Shown here piece after piece: positions 1 through 10,123 of a stretch of 64,000 nt of DNA. The stretch comes from Haliscomenobacter sp. (GTDB taxonomy: Bacteria; Bacteroidota; Bacteroidia; Chitinophagales; Saprospiraceae). The DNA is taken from assembly GCA_016713275.1 (NCBI GenBank), contig JADJPL010000028.1:194278-258277 (forward strand). Direction: 5' to 3'. The notes beneath the pieces were generated by a model that ran no database searches, was not told the DNA's origin, and saw only the letters and a program-made list of their open reading frames with translations. Both the position numbers and the translations under genes were made by a program. Position 1 is the first letter of the stretch. Each line of letters starts with the position of its first letter.

Positions 1-3000
1 CTACTGTCCCCCGTCTAGACGTTCCAGGGCATTTTGCAAATTGAGCCGCGCCAGATCCAGGGTAAACGTGATTTTATTCCAGTAAGATGCCCCGTTTTGG
101 GCGTAGGTCTGGCGGATGTTTTCGGAAGAAACCAAAGGGAAAAACAGGCCAATGCGCTGGCTCAGTGCCGTGATGGAGAGGCCGCCGCTCCAGAGCAGCG
201 GTTTTTCAAGCGCAATGGCGGTTTGTCCTTTCTGACTGCCGTTGTAGCCCAGGTCGAAATACGCTTGTGCCGGGAGGCGCAGGGGAAAGCGGAAGGGCAG
301 GTCGGCGTGCAGGTTTAGCGCCAGTATCCAGGTATTGGACCGGCCCAGGCGCTGCGCGGGGCCGGTCGCGAATTTCATCCCTCCTTCCTGGAGGTGGACC
401 TGCTGTGCCTTGAGGCCGTCCTCCTGGTTTCTTCCAATGAAACTTTCTTCAAACCGGTAATCACTAAACCCCTGCCCGCTGAGGCTCCAGGCATTGGGCA
501 GGAGGCTGAGCCCTTTGCGCGAGGGGTTCTTGTCGAGAAGTGCCCCGGCAAAAAAGCGGAAATGGAAGCGTTTGTCTTGCCGGTACGCCGGGGAAATTTG
601 AAAAGCCAGGCTTCCTTTGTGAAAAACGGCGGATTGGTTTAATCCCGGCAAGGTAGATCGTTCCCAGGCGATCCGCCAGTTGGAGGCTTGAAGGGGGTTT
701 TTATTCCTGCCTTCATATGCTGCTGTCTGAATACGGGTGGTGACGTTTTGTTTTCCTTCGTATATACCGCCTTTGCCAAACCGGGGCGTCTGCTGGTCCA
801 CCCATGCCATGCCTCCGGCAAGCGTGTGTTCCGACATTCGGGATTCGCCGTCGCGGAATACCAACCGGACCGAAGGCGCGACCCGGCGGTAGGATAAGCG
901 ATAGGCATACGCCTCATTTTTCTCGTAGCCGTATTGTTTTCCGTCTAAATGACCTTCGATGACGCGCCAGGGGCCGGAAAGCGGGAGCCATCGGTAGCGG
1001 AAAGCGGCGTTGCCCGTCAGCGCCCGGCTTCCGAATGCGTAGAAGGGCAATAGGCTGTAGCTCAGCCTTGGGCCTGGGATCGTCGTATTGTGTATCCAAA
1101 GGCCAAACTTGAACTCGTCGTATGCATTCCACGAGATAGCTGGCTGAAAGAAGAACTGGGTGAAGGATTCATTCTCCAGCGTAGGCCAGATACCCGGCCG
1201 GAGCGGAGCGGTTTTTCGAAGCCATCCGTTCATGCGCAAAGCGTTGTTGCGGCGCTGAAAATCGGGGGTGTAGTGCCCGGGATCCAGCACGAGTTGCTGG
1301 TAGGGTCCTGCCGGTATCCGCACGGTTTTTACTCCGGTAAAGCCTTCCACCCAAGTGCTCCAAAGCGTTTGCGTATCCCGGGACAATGCGTTGAGTTGAA
1401 TGGGGCCCGCAATCGTTCCCCGGTTCGCCAACTCGACTTCCAGTTCCTCGCCTACCTGGCGGGCGTTCCGGATGGCGTAGTCCTGCCTTTGGTTGCTATA
1501 GATAAAGCCTTCGAAGAGCCAATCCAGGTTTTTGCCGCTTTTTCGGATCAGGAAATCGCGGAGATCGGCAGGCGCCGGATGCCGGAATTTCCATTCCTGG
1601 TAAAATGCCTGTATGGCGTCGTCGAATCCTTCTCGGCCGAGATACTGCTCCAGATAGCGGAGAACGAAGGCCGGTTTTTCATAAGACTGGATAAAATAAT
1701 TGATGATATCAAAGCCGTTGGAAGAGGTTGCCGGCGGCTGGTCGCGGTTCTGGCGGGCCAGATACAGGTAAGCGGCCTCCCCGGCTTCCAGTTTGGAACC
1801 TCCTTGCAGGAAGGCGGGGATATAGGTGTCGAGACTGCTGCCCGGGTAATAGGCGCGGGAGTAGCGGTGGTCGTAATAAGAGTTGATCCCTTCATCCATC
1901 CAGGCATGGTCGCGCTCGTTGAAGCCCAGAACGCCGTAGAACCAGTTGTGCCCCACCTCGTGGGTGATCACTTCGTCGAGCCCCTGGGCGTTGCCCGACA
2001 GCCCGATCACCGTGATCATCGGATACTCCATGCCGCCGCCTGCGCTCAGCGCACTCTGCACGGCCGTGGCATGGGGGTAGGGGTATTCGCCCACCAGGCT
2101 GGAATAGAAGGCCACCGCCCGGTTGACGTAGCTTAGCGCGTCCTTCCACAGGTCTTCCTCCTCGTCGGTAAACATGACCCAGGTGTCGGTAACCGCGCCG
2201 GAAGGCTGTACTACTTGGCCCTTTTGAACCCGAAACCGCTTGTCGGCAAACCAGGCAAAATCGTGGACGTTGTCCGCTGTATAGCGAATGGTTTTCATCG
2301 CGGCGCTGGACGGCGGGAAGGTTCCCCGGGTGAAGGCCGGGTCGTGGCGGGGCGATTTATCCGGGTCGTTGAGATAGGCCTCGGTAGCTGCCGCTTTTTG
2401 CTTCAGGAATTCTACTTCTTCGGGCGATTCCAGCTTCCCGGTAGCGCCGGCCACATAATTTTCGGGGAGGGTGAGGCGTACGTCGAAACTCCCGAATTCG
2501 GAGTAGTATTCGCCCCATTCGAGGTAGGGCATGGGATGCCAGCCCTCGCGGTCGTATACCGCCGGTTTGGGGTACCATTGCGTCATCTGGTACGACTGCC
2601 CAACGTGCCCCAGGCGGGAAAAGGAAGCGGGTATTTGCAGGGTAAATGGGGTAGCGATGGAGACCCGGCGCTCCGGCGCCAGCGGCTCGGGGAGCGTCAG
2701 GCGGATAATGTCCGAATGGCCTTCCCAGGGTTCCCAGGATAGGGGTGTTGCTTCGGCGGTAAACGCAAGGTCTTGATAGCCTCCCCGCTGGCTATCAGGC
2801 GCAAAGTGAAATGCCAGGCTGTTTTGCCGCAGTTTTTGGCGGGCGAAGGCGCTGCTTCGATCTTGAAAGGCGTTGGCCCAAAGGTGGATGAGGATATAGC
2901 TCAGCGTATCGGGGGAATGGTTGACGTACTCCATCGTCCACTGGCCCCGGATCTGATGCAGGGAATCGTCGAGCGCAACATCGATCCGGTAATGCGCTTC

Positions 3001-3069
3001 CTGCTGGAAATACGGAGTTTGGGCTTGTCCCAGGATGGGCAGCAATAAGAAGAGGAAATGGTTTTTCAT
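1..3069 (-). CDS. M1-family zinc metallopeptidase (aminopeptidase N-like), secreted, with a long C-terminal extension
   Basis: HEVGH...X18...E zinc site (HEVGHNWFYGVLGFNERDHAWMDEG) and a GGMEYP exopeptidase-like motif. The internal Met at 3069 (MKNHFLFLLLPILGQAQ) gives a signal peptide. The stop is at 1-3, so the CDS is complete. Confidence 0.85.
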   Translation of the reverse strand: MKNHFLFLLLPILGQAQTPYFQQEAHYRIDVALDDSLHQIRGQWTMEYVNHSPDTLSYILIHLWANAFQDRSSAFARQKLRQNSLAFHFAPDSQRGGYQDLAFTAEATPLSWEPWEGHSDIIRLTLPEPLAPERRVSIATPFTLQIPASFSRLGHVGQSYQMTQWYPKPAVYDREGWHPMPYLEWGEYYSEFGSFDVRLTLPENYVAGATGKLESPEEVEFLKQKAAATEAYLNDPDKSPRHDPAFTRGTFPPSSAAMKTIRYTADNVHDFAWFADKRFRVQKGQVVQPSGAVTDTWVMFTDEEEDLWKDALSYVNRAVAFYSSLVGEYPYPHATAVQSALSAGGGMEYPMITVIGLSGNAQGLDEVITHEVGHNWFYGVLGFNERDHAWMDEGINSYYDHRYSRAYYPGSSLDTYIPAFLQGGSKLEAGEAAYLYLARQNRDQPPATSSNGFDIINYFIQSYEKPAFVLRYLEQYLGREGFDDAIQAFYQEWKFRHPAPADLRDFLIRKSGKNLDWLFEGFIYSNQRQDYAIRNARQVGEELEVELANRGTIAGPIQLNALSRDTQTLWSTWVEGFTGVKTVRIPAGPYQQLVLDPGHYTPDFQRRNNALRMNGWLRKTAPLRPGIWPTLENESFTQFFFQPAISWNAYDEFKFGLWIHNTTIPGPRLSYSLLPFYAFGSRALTGNAAFRYRWLPLSGPWRVIEGHLDGKQYGYEKNEAYAYRLSYRRVAPSVRLVFRDGESRMSEHTLAGGMAWVDQQTPRFGKGGIYEGKQNVTTRIQTAAYEGRNKNPLQASNWRIAWERSTLPGLNQSAVFHKGSLAFQISPAYRQDKRFHFRFFAGALLDKNPSRKGLSLLPNAWSLSGQGFSDYRFEESFIGRNQEDGLKAQQVHLQEGGMKFATGPAQRLGRSNTWILALNLHADLPFRFPLRLPAQAYFDLGYNGSQKGQTAIALEKPLLWSGGLSITALSQRIGLFFPLVSSENIRQTYAQNGASYWNKITFTLDLARLNLQNALERLDGGQ

Positions 3070-3181
3070 TTTTATTGGACCCAAAGGGTTTTTCGGCGGG
3101 GACAAATTAATGCAAAAGTATTTCTCGCAGAAAATGTTTTGTGATACTTTTTGTTGTAATTTGCGATACAAATTGTTTTGC

Positions 3182-4378
3182 ATGTTTGACCGCGCGATTT
3201 TGCATCTCGATCTGGACGCGTTTTTTGCTTCGGTAGAAAGCCTGCGCAACCCCTCGCTCAAAGGCAAACCGCTTATTGTAGGCGGATACAGCGGCCGTGG
3301 GGTCGTTGCGTCGTGCAGTTATGAAGCGCGCCGGTTTGGCGTGCGTTCGGCGATGCCGGTGCGCACAGCGCTTCGCCTTTGCCCGGATGCGATTGTGGTG
3401 CGGGGGGACATGGAGGCGTACAGCAGGTATTCCAAAATGGTCACCGAGATCATTGCAGAGCAGGCGCCCTTGTTTGAGAAGGCATCGATCGACGAATTCT
3501 ACGCCGACCTGAGCGGGATGGACCGCTACTTTGGTTGCTGGCGCTGGGCGGTGGAGTTGCGTCAGCGCATCCTGCGCGAGAGCGGGCTGCCGATCTCTAT
3601 GGCTTTGGCGGTGAACAAACTCGTGGCGAAGATCGGCGCGGGCGAGGCCAAGCCCAACGGCGAGCAGCTAATAGAAGCGGGCGCCGAGCGGGAGTACATC
3701 GCTCCCCTTCCTGTGCAAAAACTCCCCGCTGTAGGCGAAGCGACTGCCCGCAAGCTCAACCTCATGGGGGTGCGCACGATCGAGACCCTCCGCCGCATTC
3801 CGCCCCGCCTGCTGGAGCGCGAGTTTGGCCAGCACGGCACGCTCCTCTGGAAGCGAGCCAACGCCGAGGACGACAGCCCCGTCGCGCCCTATCACGATCA
3901 AAAATCGGTCTCTACAGAACGCACGTTCCAGCAAGATACCGCAGATATGGGCTGGCTGCGCGACCAGCTCACGTCCATGGTCATGGAATTGGGCTACGAA
4001 CTCCGCCAGAAGCAACAGCTTACTTCCTGCATCACGCTCAAATTGCGCTACGCCGACTTCAATACGTTCACGCGCCAGCGCGCCATTCCATATACGGTAA
4101 GCGACCAGTTCCTGATGGGTGTCGCGCACGACCTGTTTGCGCAACTCTACGAACGCCGGCAGCGCATCCGTCTGCTGGGCGTGCGCTTTAGCGGCCTGAC
4201 GCACGGAAGGCCTCAATTGAATTTATTCGACAATACCCCTGAAGATGCGCGTCTCCTCGGCGCGCTCGACAAGATACGCACCCGCTTTGGATCGGGCGCC
4301 ATTACCCGGGCTTGCACGATGCACACACAACGCACAAAGGAGCCGGCCTCAAAAGACGGTCCTTTGCCCCCGGCATGA
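3182..4378 (+). CDS. dinB: DNA polymerase IV (Y-family translesion polymerase)
   Basis: Starts MFDRAILHLDLDAFFASVE, with SIDEFYADLS, typical DinB/UmuC catalytic motifs. ATG at 3182. The last ~11 codons and the stop lie inside the repeat element at 4335-4495. Confidence 0.9.
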   Translation: MFDRAILHLDLDAFFASVESLRNPSLKGKPLIVGGYSGRGVVASCSYEARRFGVRSAMPVRTALRLCPDAIVVRGDMEAYSRYSKMVTEIIAEQAPLFEKASIDEFYADLSGMDRYFGCWRWAVELRQRILRESGLPISMALAVNKLVAKIGAGEAKPNGEQLIEAGAEREYIAPLPVQKLPAVGEATARKLNLMGVRTIETLRRIPPRLLEREFGQHGTLLWKRANAEDDSPVAPYHDQKSVSTERTFQQDTADMGWLRDQLTSMVMELGYELRQKQQLTSCITLKLRYADFNTFTRQRAIPYTVSDQFLMGVAHDLFAQLYERRQRIRLLGVRFSGLTHGRPQLNLFDNTPEDARLLGALDKIRTRFGSGAITRACTMHTQRTKEPASKDGPLPPA

Positions 4379-4495
4379 AATTTTATTTTCTTTTTTCAAT
4401 TCTTATAAAAAATCGCTTTGCGGCTTTTCATAAGAATTGAAAAAAGAAAATCTTCTTTGACGGCCATATGCAAAAACAAGTTTTTGAGATAGGCC
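4335..4495. repeat. MITE-like nested palindromic element, copy 1
   Basis: Perfect 22 bp inverted repeat ATTTTCTTTTTTCAATTCTTAT (4385-4406) / ATAAGAATTGAAAAAAGAAAAT (4430-4451). It is flanked by outer arms GGCCTCAAAAGAC... / ...GTTTTTGAGATAGGCC. Same architecture and flank sequence as 28931-29091 and 46378-46532. Confidence 0.85.
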
Positions 4496-5787
4496 TATAC
4501 ATGGAAATGCCAAAGATCAAACGCTTCGCGTTCCAGGCGTTCGCGGTGGTCGGGATGCGCGATATTGATCATGGCCCGGATGCGTTCGCGGATAGTGCGC
4601 CCATACATTTCTGCTACGCCGTATTCGGTCACGATATAGTGCACGTGTGCGCGGGTCGTCACGACGCCGGCGCCTGGGTGGAGGGTCGACACGATACGGC
4701 TGAGGCCTTTGTTCGTGGAAGAAGGAAGCGCGATAATAGGCTTTCCGTGGTCGGAGAGGGCTGCACCCCGCATGAAGTCCATTTGCCCACCGACGCCGGA
4801 GTAGATCCGGGTGCCGATGGAGTCGGCGCAAACCTGTCCGGTGAAATCGACCTCGATCGCGCTGTTGATCGCCGTCACTTTCGGGTTCTGGCGGATGATT
4901 GCGGTGTCGTTGACGTATTCTACATCCAGGAAGCGTATGGTGGGGTTATCATCCACAAAATCGTAGAGTTTGCGGGAGCCCATCATGAAGCTGGTGACGG
5001 TAAAGTTGCGGTGCTTGACCTTGTTCTTATTGGTGATCACGCCTTTTTCGATCAGCGGAATGACGCCGTCGGAGAACATCTCGGTGTGTATGCCGAGGTC
5101 TTTATGGTTGGTCATAGCAGCCAGCGCGGCGTTGGGAATCGCGCCGATGCCCATTTGCAGCGTGGCGCCATCGTCGACGAGCTCAGCGACGAACTGGCCG
5201 ATGCGAGTCTCAATCTCGTCGGGATCGGGAATGATCATTTCCGGAAGTGGATAATCCACTTCGACTACTTTGGCAAAGCGGCTGATGTGGATGCTGCTGT
5301 CTCCGGCCGTACGCGGCATATTGGGGTTGATCTCTGCGATCAGCTTGCGGGCAGTTTGGGTGGCCGACAGGGTGGTGTCCACCGAAATACCCAGGGAGAC
5401 ATACCCGTTGCGGTCGGGAGGAGAGACCTGGACCAGCGCGGCGTCGAGTTGAATAATCCCCCGGCGGATCAGGCGGGGCGTTTCGCTGAGGAACACCGGA
5501 ATAAAGTCGGCGCGGCCTTCCTGGACCGCTTTGCGCATATTGGCGCCCACGAACATGTTCTTGACGTGGAAGCTTTTGTTGAACGGTTCCTCTACATACG
5601 GCGCGACGCCCTCGGTGTGTAGTTGGTAGATCTCTACGTTGCGCAATTCCCCGCCCCGGGCAGCAAGCGCTTTGACCAGCGTCTGCGGCGCCGCAGCGGC
5701 GCTGTGAATAAAGATTTTGTCCCCGGGCTTAATGATCGATACCGCCTCTTCCGCAGTGACAGGCTGGTAGTTTTTTGTGTTTATCAT
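4495..5787 (-). CDS. Acetyl-CoA hydrolase/transferase family protein (4-hydroxybutyrate or succinyl-CoA:acetate CoA-transferase-like)
   Basis: About 430 aa with family-typical N-terminus (AEEAVSIIKPGDKIFIHSAAAAPQTL) and GGQMDF motif. Start taken at MINTK (5787); an upstream in-frame Met exists at 5799. Confidence 0.8.
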   Translation of the reverse strand: MINTKNYQPVTAEEAVSIIKPGDKIFIHSAAAAPQTLVKALAARGGELRNVEIYQLHTEGVAPYVEEPFNKSFHVKNMFVGANMRKAVQEGRADFIPVFLSETPRLIRRGIIQLDAALVQVSPPDRNGYVSLGISVDTTLSATQTARKLIAEINPNMPRTAGDSSIHISRFAKVVEVDYPLPEMIIPDPDEIETRIGQFVAELVDDGATLQMGIGAIPNAALAAMTNHKDLGIHTEMFSDGVIPLIEKGVITNKNKVKHRNFTVTSFMMGSRKLYDFVDDNPTIRFLDVEYVNDTAIIRQNPKVTAINSAIEVDFTGQVCADSIGTRIYSGVGGQMDFMRGAALSDHGKPIIALPSSTNKGLSRIVSTLHPGAGVVTTRAHVHYIVTEYGVAEMYGRTIRERIRAMINIAHPDHRERLEREAFDLWHFHV

Positions 5788-5962
5788 GTTTATTCGCATT
5801 TTATTATTTCAAAAGCAAATTAAGCACCGAGGTTCAATACAAACCAGTGAAATCGGTCTGAAAAAAGGATGATTTTTGCCACCGGAAAAAAAATGACGCC
5901 TGCATCCGGTAGGACATTTCATAAATTTGTAACAACTTCGGCCTGTTCAAACTCCATCGCGC

Positions 5963-6748
5963 ATGGGCGTAACCCGTTTTCTGGACTTCCCCGGCCACCA
6001 CAGCATCTTTTATTACCTGCTGGCGGCGGTGTTAACCGGGATTTTCCTTCAGGCGCTGGGCATTGGGGGGCTTTTCTTTTTTAAGCGCTCCGGCGAAAAA
6101 CGCGCCAACCTTTGCTACGGCTTATTGCTGATCGCATTCAGCCTCACGCTCCTGCATTACATCCTGTTGATGACCGGCATTCCGGAACGTTTTCCGCATA
6201 TGTATTTCCTTCCGGTCTATTTTACGTTGTCGTTCCCGCCCCTGTTGTTTTATCATATCAAGCTCAACCTGTATCCGGCCTACCGGTTTCGGCGGAGCGA
6301 CGGCAAACATTTGATTCTTCCTGTGGGGCAATTCCTTTTTTTTCTGGGGGTGTTTCTTTCCCCTATCGCCTACAAATCGCACGTGGAACGCGCGTTTTTT
6401 AACCCATTTTACGGCGCATCCGAAACGGCCCTATATTTGTTAACGTTTTTTGCTTACCTCTATTTCGGATACCGGTACATTCAGGAGAAAAGGCGCCATT
6501 TGCGAACGAGCCGGGACACTCAGCTGGTTCGCTACCTCAGCAAACTGGTTCAGGTTCTTTTCATTCTGTTTTGCGTGCACACGGTCTTCGTACTGACCGA
6601 TTTCATCAGCTATGAATTGATGCACATCAACTTGCGGGCGGTCAAGCCCTATGCCGCTTTTGGCATCCTTTCCTTCGCTGCGCTGGTCCTGTGGCTTAGC
6701 ACGTATGGTTTTCAGGTTCTGGTATGGGGCCGAAAAGTCCTGAAATGA
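5963..6748 (+). CDS. Hypothetical polytopic membrane protein
   Basis: 261 aa ORF with about 6-7 hydrophobic helices and no recognisable catalytic or DNA-binding motif. Its stop abuts the stop of the convergent dacB-like gene. Confidence 0.5.
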   Translation: MGVTRFLDFPGHHSIFYYLLAAVLTGIFLQALGIGGLFFFKRSGEKRANLCYGLLLIAFSLTLLHYILLMTGIPERFPHMYFLPVYFTLSFPPLLFYHIKLNLYPAYRFRRSDGKHLILPVGQFLFFLGVFLSPIAYKSHVERAFFNPFYGASETALYLLTFFAYLYFGYRYIQEKRRHLRTSRDTQLVRYLSKLVQVLFILFCVHTVFVLTDFISYELMHINLRAVKPYAAFGILSFAALVLWLSTYGFQVLVWGRKVLK

Positions 6749-8101
6749 TCACAGGGATTCCCAGATCCATTCCAGTACGTTCTGCATTTCTGTCCGGATA
6801 GGCGTGGCCGAGCCGTTGAAGTTGTTGTGCATAAAGCTGAAGATCAGCGTGCGCCCCTTTTTGGTTTTGACAAAACCGCTGAGGCAATGCTGGTTGGCCA
6901 GCGTGCCTGTTTTGGCAAACACGTAGGGTTCTGCTTTTCCTCCGTACCAGGAGCGGATGGTGCCTGATTTCCCGCCGGTAGCCAGGATGCGGAACAGGCG
7001 TTCCTGTGGAACTTCCTGGTAAAGTTTATGTAACAACGCTACGATCGTCCGGGGGGTAAACAGATTGTACCGGGACAGGCCCGACCCGTCGGCCCAGTTC
7101 AGGGTGTCGGGCGGAAGCCCCTGGAACAGGTTTTTCTTGGCGTATTCGATGACGGCTTCCGTGTTCAGCGTGTCGGATAATTTGGCGGAGCACATCAGCA
7201 GCAACTGCTCCGCGAGGTAGTTATCGCTCTCCTGCATAAAGCGCTGGAGCAGCGTATCCGGAAGCGGGGCATATACGGTGGTGAAAGCAGGCAGCGGTCC
7301 GGGGATCTCGGACGCCGGCATAACGCGGATGCCGAGGGTGTCGCTGAGCAGCCCGCAGACGGCAGCGGGAGATTGGTTGTAGGGAACTTCCACCGAGAAC
7401 GGGCGGCCGTTGAGCGCGGATTCGTTGAAGAAAAAATAATCGCCGGTTTCCTCTCTTTGGATTCTGGGGTATGCTCCGCCGCCGGCAGGCGCCGGGCGGA
7501 GGAATCGGGTAAAGTATGCCGGTTGGGTTTTAATCTGGGTTTCCCCGGAATCCCGAAAAATACGCGCGAAGTTCCCGTGGATCGGAAACGGGCTTTTTTC
7601 CACCTGATAGGCATATTGATAATCTGCCCAGGACCATCCGGGGCCGAAGTGGTCGTCGCGGTAGTTATCCTCGGAGTACAGTATCAGGTTTTTGGCTTGC
7701 TGAAGGATGTCCCATCCCTGGGCGTTATCCTCAAAGTCCGGATGAAAGAACAACGGGTTGCCCGTGCCCTGGATGACCAGCAGTTGGTCGCGGTATCCAT
7801 AGCGCAGGACGGGCATGCTGTCTCCCAGGATTTTTAACGCGGTGTAGAGGGTAAACAGCTTGGTATTGGAGGCGGGCGTGAAGTACTTGAACGCATCTTT
7901 TTGGTAGAGCATCGCGTCTTTGGCCGGGTCAAACAGCGCAAACCCCGTGAAATATTGGGAGAATATCTTGGACTCCCGGATTTTCTCGTCGAGCTGCCGC
8001 TGGGTCCGGCGATCCATAAATTGAGCCGGCACGTTCAGGCTTTGGAACAAAATGGCAGCAAGAATGAGGATTTTTAATAATTTGGCAGACGCATTCGACA
8101 T
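6749..8101 (-). CDS. dacB: D-alanyl-D-alanine carboxypeptidase/endopeptidase, PBP4 (peptidase S13) family
   Basis: Signal peptide, SxxK (ASNTK) and KTG (AKTGTL) motifs, and a size of 450 aa, typical of PBP4. Confidence 0.8.
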   Translation of the reverse strand: MSNASAKLLKILILAAILFQSLNVPAQFMDRRTQRQLDEKIRESKIFSQYFTGFALFDPAKDAMLYQKDAFKYFTPASNTKLFTLYTALKILGDSMPVLRYGYRDQLLVIQGTGNPLFFHPDFEDNAQGWDILQQAKNLILYSEDNYRDDHFGPGWSWADYQYAYQVEKSPFPIHGNFARIFRDSGETQIKTQPAYFTRFLRPAPAGGGAYPRIQREETGDYFFFNESALNGRPFSVEVPYNQSPAAVCGLLSDTLGIRVMPASEIPGPLPAFTTVYAPLPDTLLQRFMQESDNYLAEQLLLMCSAKLSDTLNTEAVIEYAKKNLFQGLPPDTLNWADGSGLSRYNLFTPRTIVALLHKLYQEVPQERLFRILATGGKSGTIRSWYGGKAEPYVFAKTGTLANQHCLSGFVKTKKGRTLIFSFMHNNFNGSATPIRTEMQNVLEWIWESL

Positions 8102-8197
8102 AGGTTACGAGATCATTTGCGTTGAAAAAAACAGTGCGCGTTCCCTCCTCAAACTTACGCATTTTGGACAAGGGCCCGCGCATAGTTCATAAAATAC

Positions 8198-10117
8198 TTG
8201 CACATGTGCAAACACCCTAACCTGTTTTTCCGGCGCTTGCGCGGGCTTGCATGCGTTGTCTTTGGCTTTGTGGTTTTCGGATATTCGGTCCGTGCCCAAA
8301 GCCCTTCCGGCGACGGGCTTGACGCTTACCGGCAAGCGCTTTCCCAAACGGTGCTTTTGCGGAATGCCGGGCAGCAGATTCCGTTCCTCCGGCTCGACAC
8401 GCTCCGGATCGCTTTGCTCCCTTTGTCGGAGAGCGAGCCTTTGAGCGTTTTTCAGGAGTATCTGGAGCGGTATACGGAAATCGCGCGCCTGAACGTTCCG
8501 GCTTTCGGCGCCGCCGTGTGGGCGCAGGAGCAGCTCAGCCGCTATAATTTGTTCGTCGTTGCCGTGAACGGCAACGGCTCTGCGTTGTCTTCGTCCGCCC
8601 TGGAAGCGTGGAAGGCGCTTTCGCAAAAAGCCCGGGTTGCTCTGGTCGCGTTCGACGCAGGGCAACTGCTGGCCCAATATCCCGAGCTGGCCGGTTCGGG
8701 CGTGCTGATCGCCGGCACGGGGACCTACTATGGCCAATCCCTGGCCGCTCAGGCGCTTTTTGGGGGAACCGCTCTGAACGCGCGGCTTGCTCAACCCCTG
8801 GGTACGGCATTTGGGCCAGGCGCCGGTCTGGACCTTCCCCAAGCGATCCGGTTGGGGTATGCGCCGCCGGAGTTGGTGGGCATGAACGGTCAGTTGCTGG
8901 AAGACAGCGTGGAAGCGATCCTTCTCGAAGGGCTTCAGGCCAGGGCTTATCCCGGCGCCCAGGTCCTCATCGCTAAAGATGAAAAGGTGGTGTACCATCG
9001 CGCCTTTGGCGCCCATACCTACGACGACCAGCATCCCGTTCAGCTCACCGATGTGTACGATTTTGCCTCGGTAACCAAGATTACTTCCGGGCTGCCCGTG
9101 CTGATGGAATGGTATGGGCAGGGTAAATTTGACCCCGACGCGCCTTTGGCGGATTATCTCCCGGAGGTCAAAGGGACAAACAAAGCCGGCCTGCCCATGC
9201 GCCGCCTTCTCACCCATACGGCGCAACTCATGGCCTGGATTCCGTTCTGGCGGGGCACGTTGAAAGGGCAAAGCCGCAATCCCTGGCAAAAACACTGGGA
9301 CGGCAACCGGAATAACGACTTCCGGTTCAAGGCGCGTACCTTCAAAACCGATTCGTCTGCGGCCTACAACGTGTATATAACGGACAGTCTATGGCTACAC
9401 CGCAAGTATAACCAGGCGATCTATAAGTCTATTTACCAATCGCCCCTCAACGAAAAACCGGGTTTTGTGTATTCCGATTTCTTTTTCTACACCATGCCCC
9501 GAATCGTGAAGTACCAGACCGGCGTTGATTTTGAGACCTATATCAAATCCCATTTTTATCGCCCGCTGGGCGCTACAACCCTTACCCTGAACCCTTTGCG
9601 GTTCTTCCCTCCGGAGCGCATTGTACCTACCGAGCGCGACACGTTTTTCCGGATGAAGCTATTGCGCGGGACGGTACACGACGAAGGAGCGGCCATGCTC
9701 GGCGGCGTTTCCGGCCATGCCGGACTGTTTGGTTCAGCTAATGATCTGGCAAAACTCATGCAGATGTATATGAATTATGGGGCGTATGGAGGGCAGCGGT
9801 TTATAGAAGAGAAGGCCGTGAAGGAATTTATCCGCTGTCAGTACTGTGGGGAAGGGATTCATCGGGGATTGGGTTTTGACAAGCCTGCGCTTGCCTATAA
9901 TCCGGCTTCGGCTTCCTATGCGCCTCAGGCCTCCGCATCCAGTTTTGGGCATACGGGGTTTACGGGAACGTATACCTGGGTCGATCCGGAAACCCGCCTG
10001 CTGGTGATCGTATTCTCCAACCGGGTCTATCCTTTCCGTTCAAGCCGGGCCTTGCTCGATTTGGGGATTCGCCGGCGGGTTCATGAAGCCGCTTATTTAT
10101 CCATGCAAAGCAATTAA
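8198..10117 (+). CDS. Serine hydrolase with class C beta-lactamase/PBP-like domain and an N-terminal GH3 C-terminal-like domain
   Basis: SxxK (ASVTK), a YSD (YxN-like) motif and an HTG box (GHTGFTG). Signal peptide present. The N-terminal ~240 aa resembles the alpha/beta sandwich domain of GH3 enzymes (LLRNAGQQIPFLRL). Confidence 0.75.
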   Translation: MHMCKHPNLFFRRLRGLACVVFGFVVFGYSVRAQSPSGDGLDAYRQALSQTVLLRNAGQQIPFLRLDTLRIALLPLSESEPLSVFQEYLERYTEIARLNVPAFGAAVWAQEQLSRYNLFVVAVNGNGSALSSSALEAWKALSQKARVALVAFDAGQLLAQYPELAGSGVLIAGTGTYYGQSLAAQALFGGTALNARLAQPLGTAFGPGAGLDLPQAIRLGYAPPELVGMNGQLLEDSVEAILLEGLQARAYPGAQVLIAKDEKVVYHRAFGAHTYDDQHPVQLTDVYDFASVTKITSGLPVLMEWYGQGKFDPDAPLADYLPEVKGTNKAGLPMRRLLTHTAQLMAWIPFWRGTLKGQSRNPWQKHWDGNRNNDFRFKARTFKTDSSAAYNVYITDSLWLHRKYNQAIYKSIYQSPLNEKPGFVYSDFFFYTMPRIVKYQTGVDFETYIKSHFYRPLGATTLTLNPLRFFPPERIVPTERDTFFRMKLLRGTVHDEGAAMLGGVSGHAGLFGSANDLAKLMQMYMNYGAYGGQRFIEEKAVKEFIRCQYCGEGIHRGLGFDKPALAYNPASASYAPQASASSFGHTGFTGTYTWVDPETRLLVIVFSNRVYPFRSSRALLDLGIRRRVHEAAYLSMQSN

Positions 10118-10123
10118 TGGAAT

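Noticed and set aside
8105-9295. 396 aa ORF antisense to the serine hydrolase gene.
   Set aside because: It is a shadow ORF of a GC-rich coding region. It is Arg/Gly/Pro-rich with no motifs, and the sense-strand protein has clear SxxK/HTG signatures. The same reasoning applies to 10715-12412, 41725-43206, 45436-46455, 53016-53957, 53933-55084, 4468-5622, 18933-20120, 29122-30147, 31159-32148 and 32764-33822.
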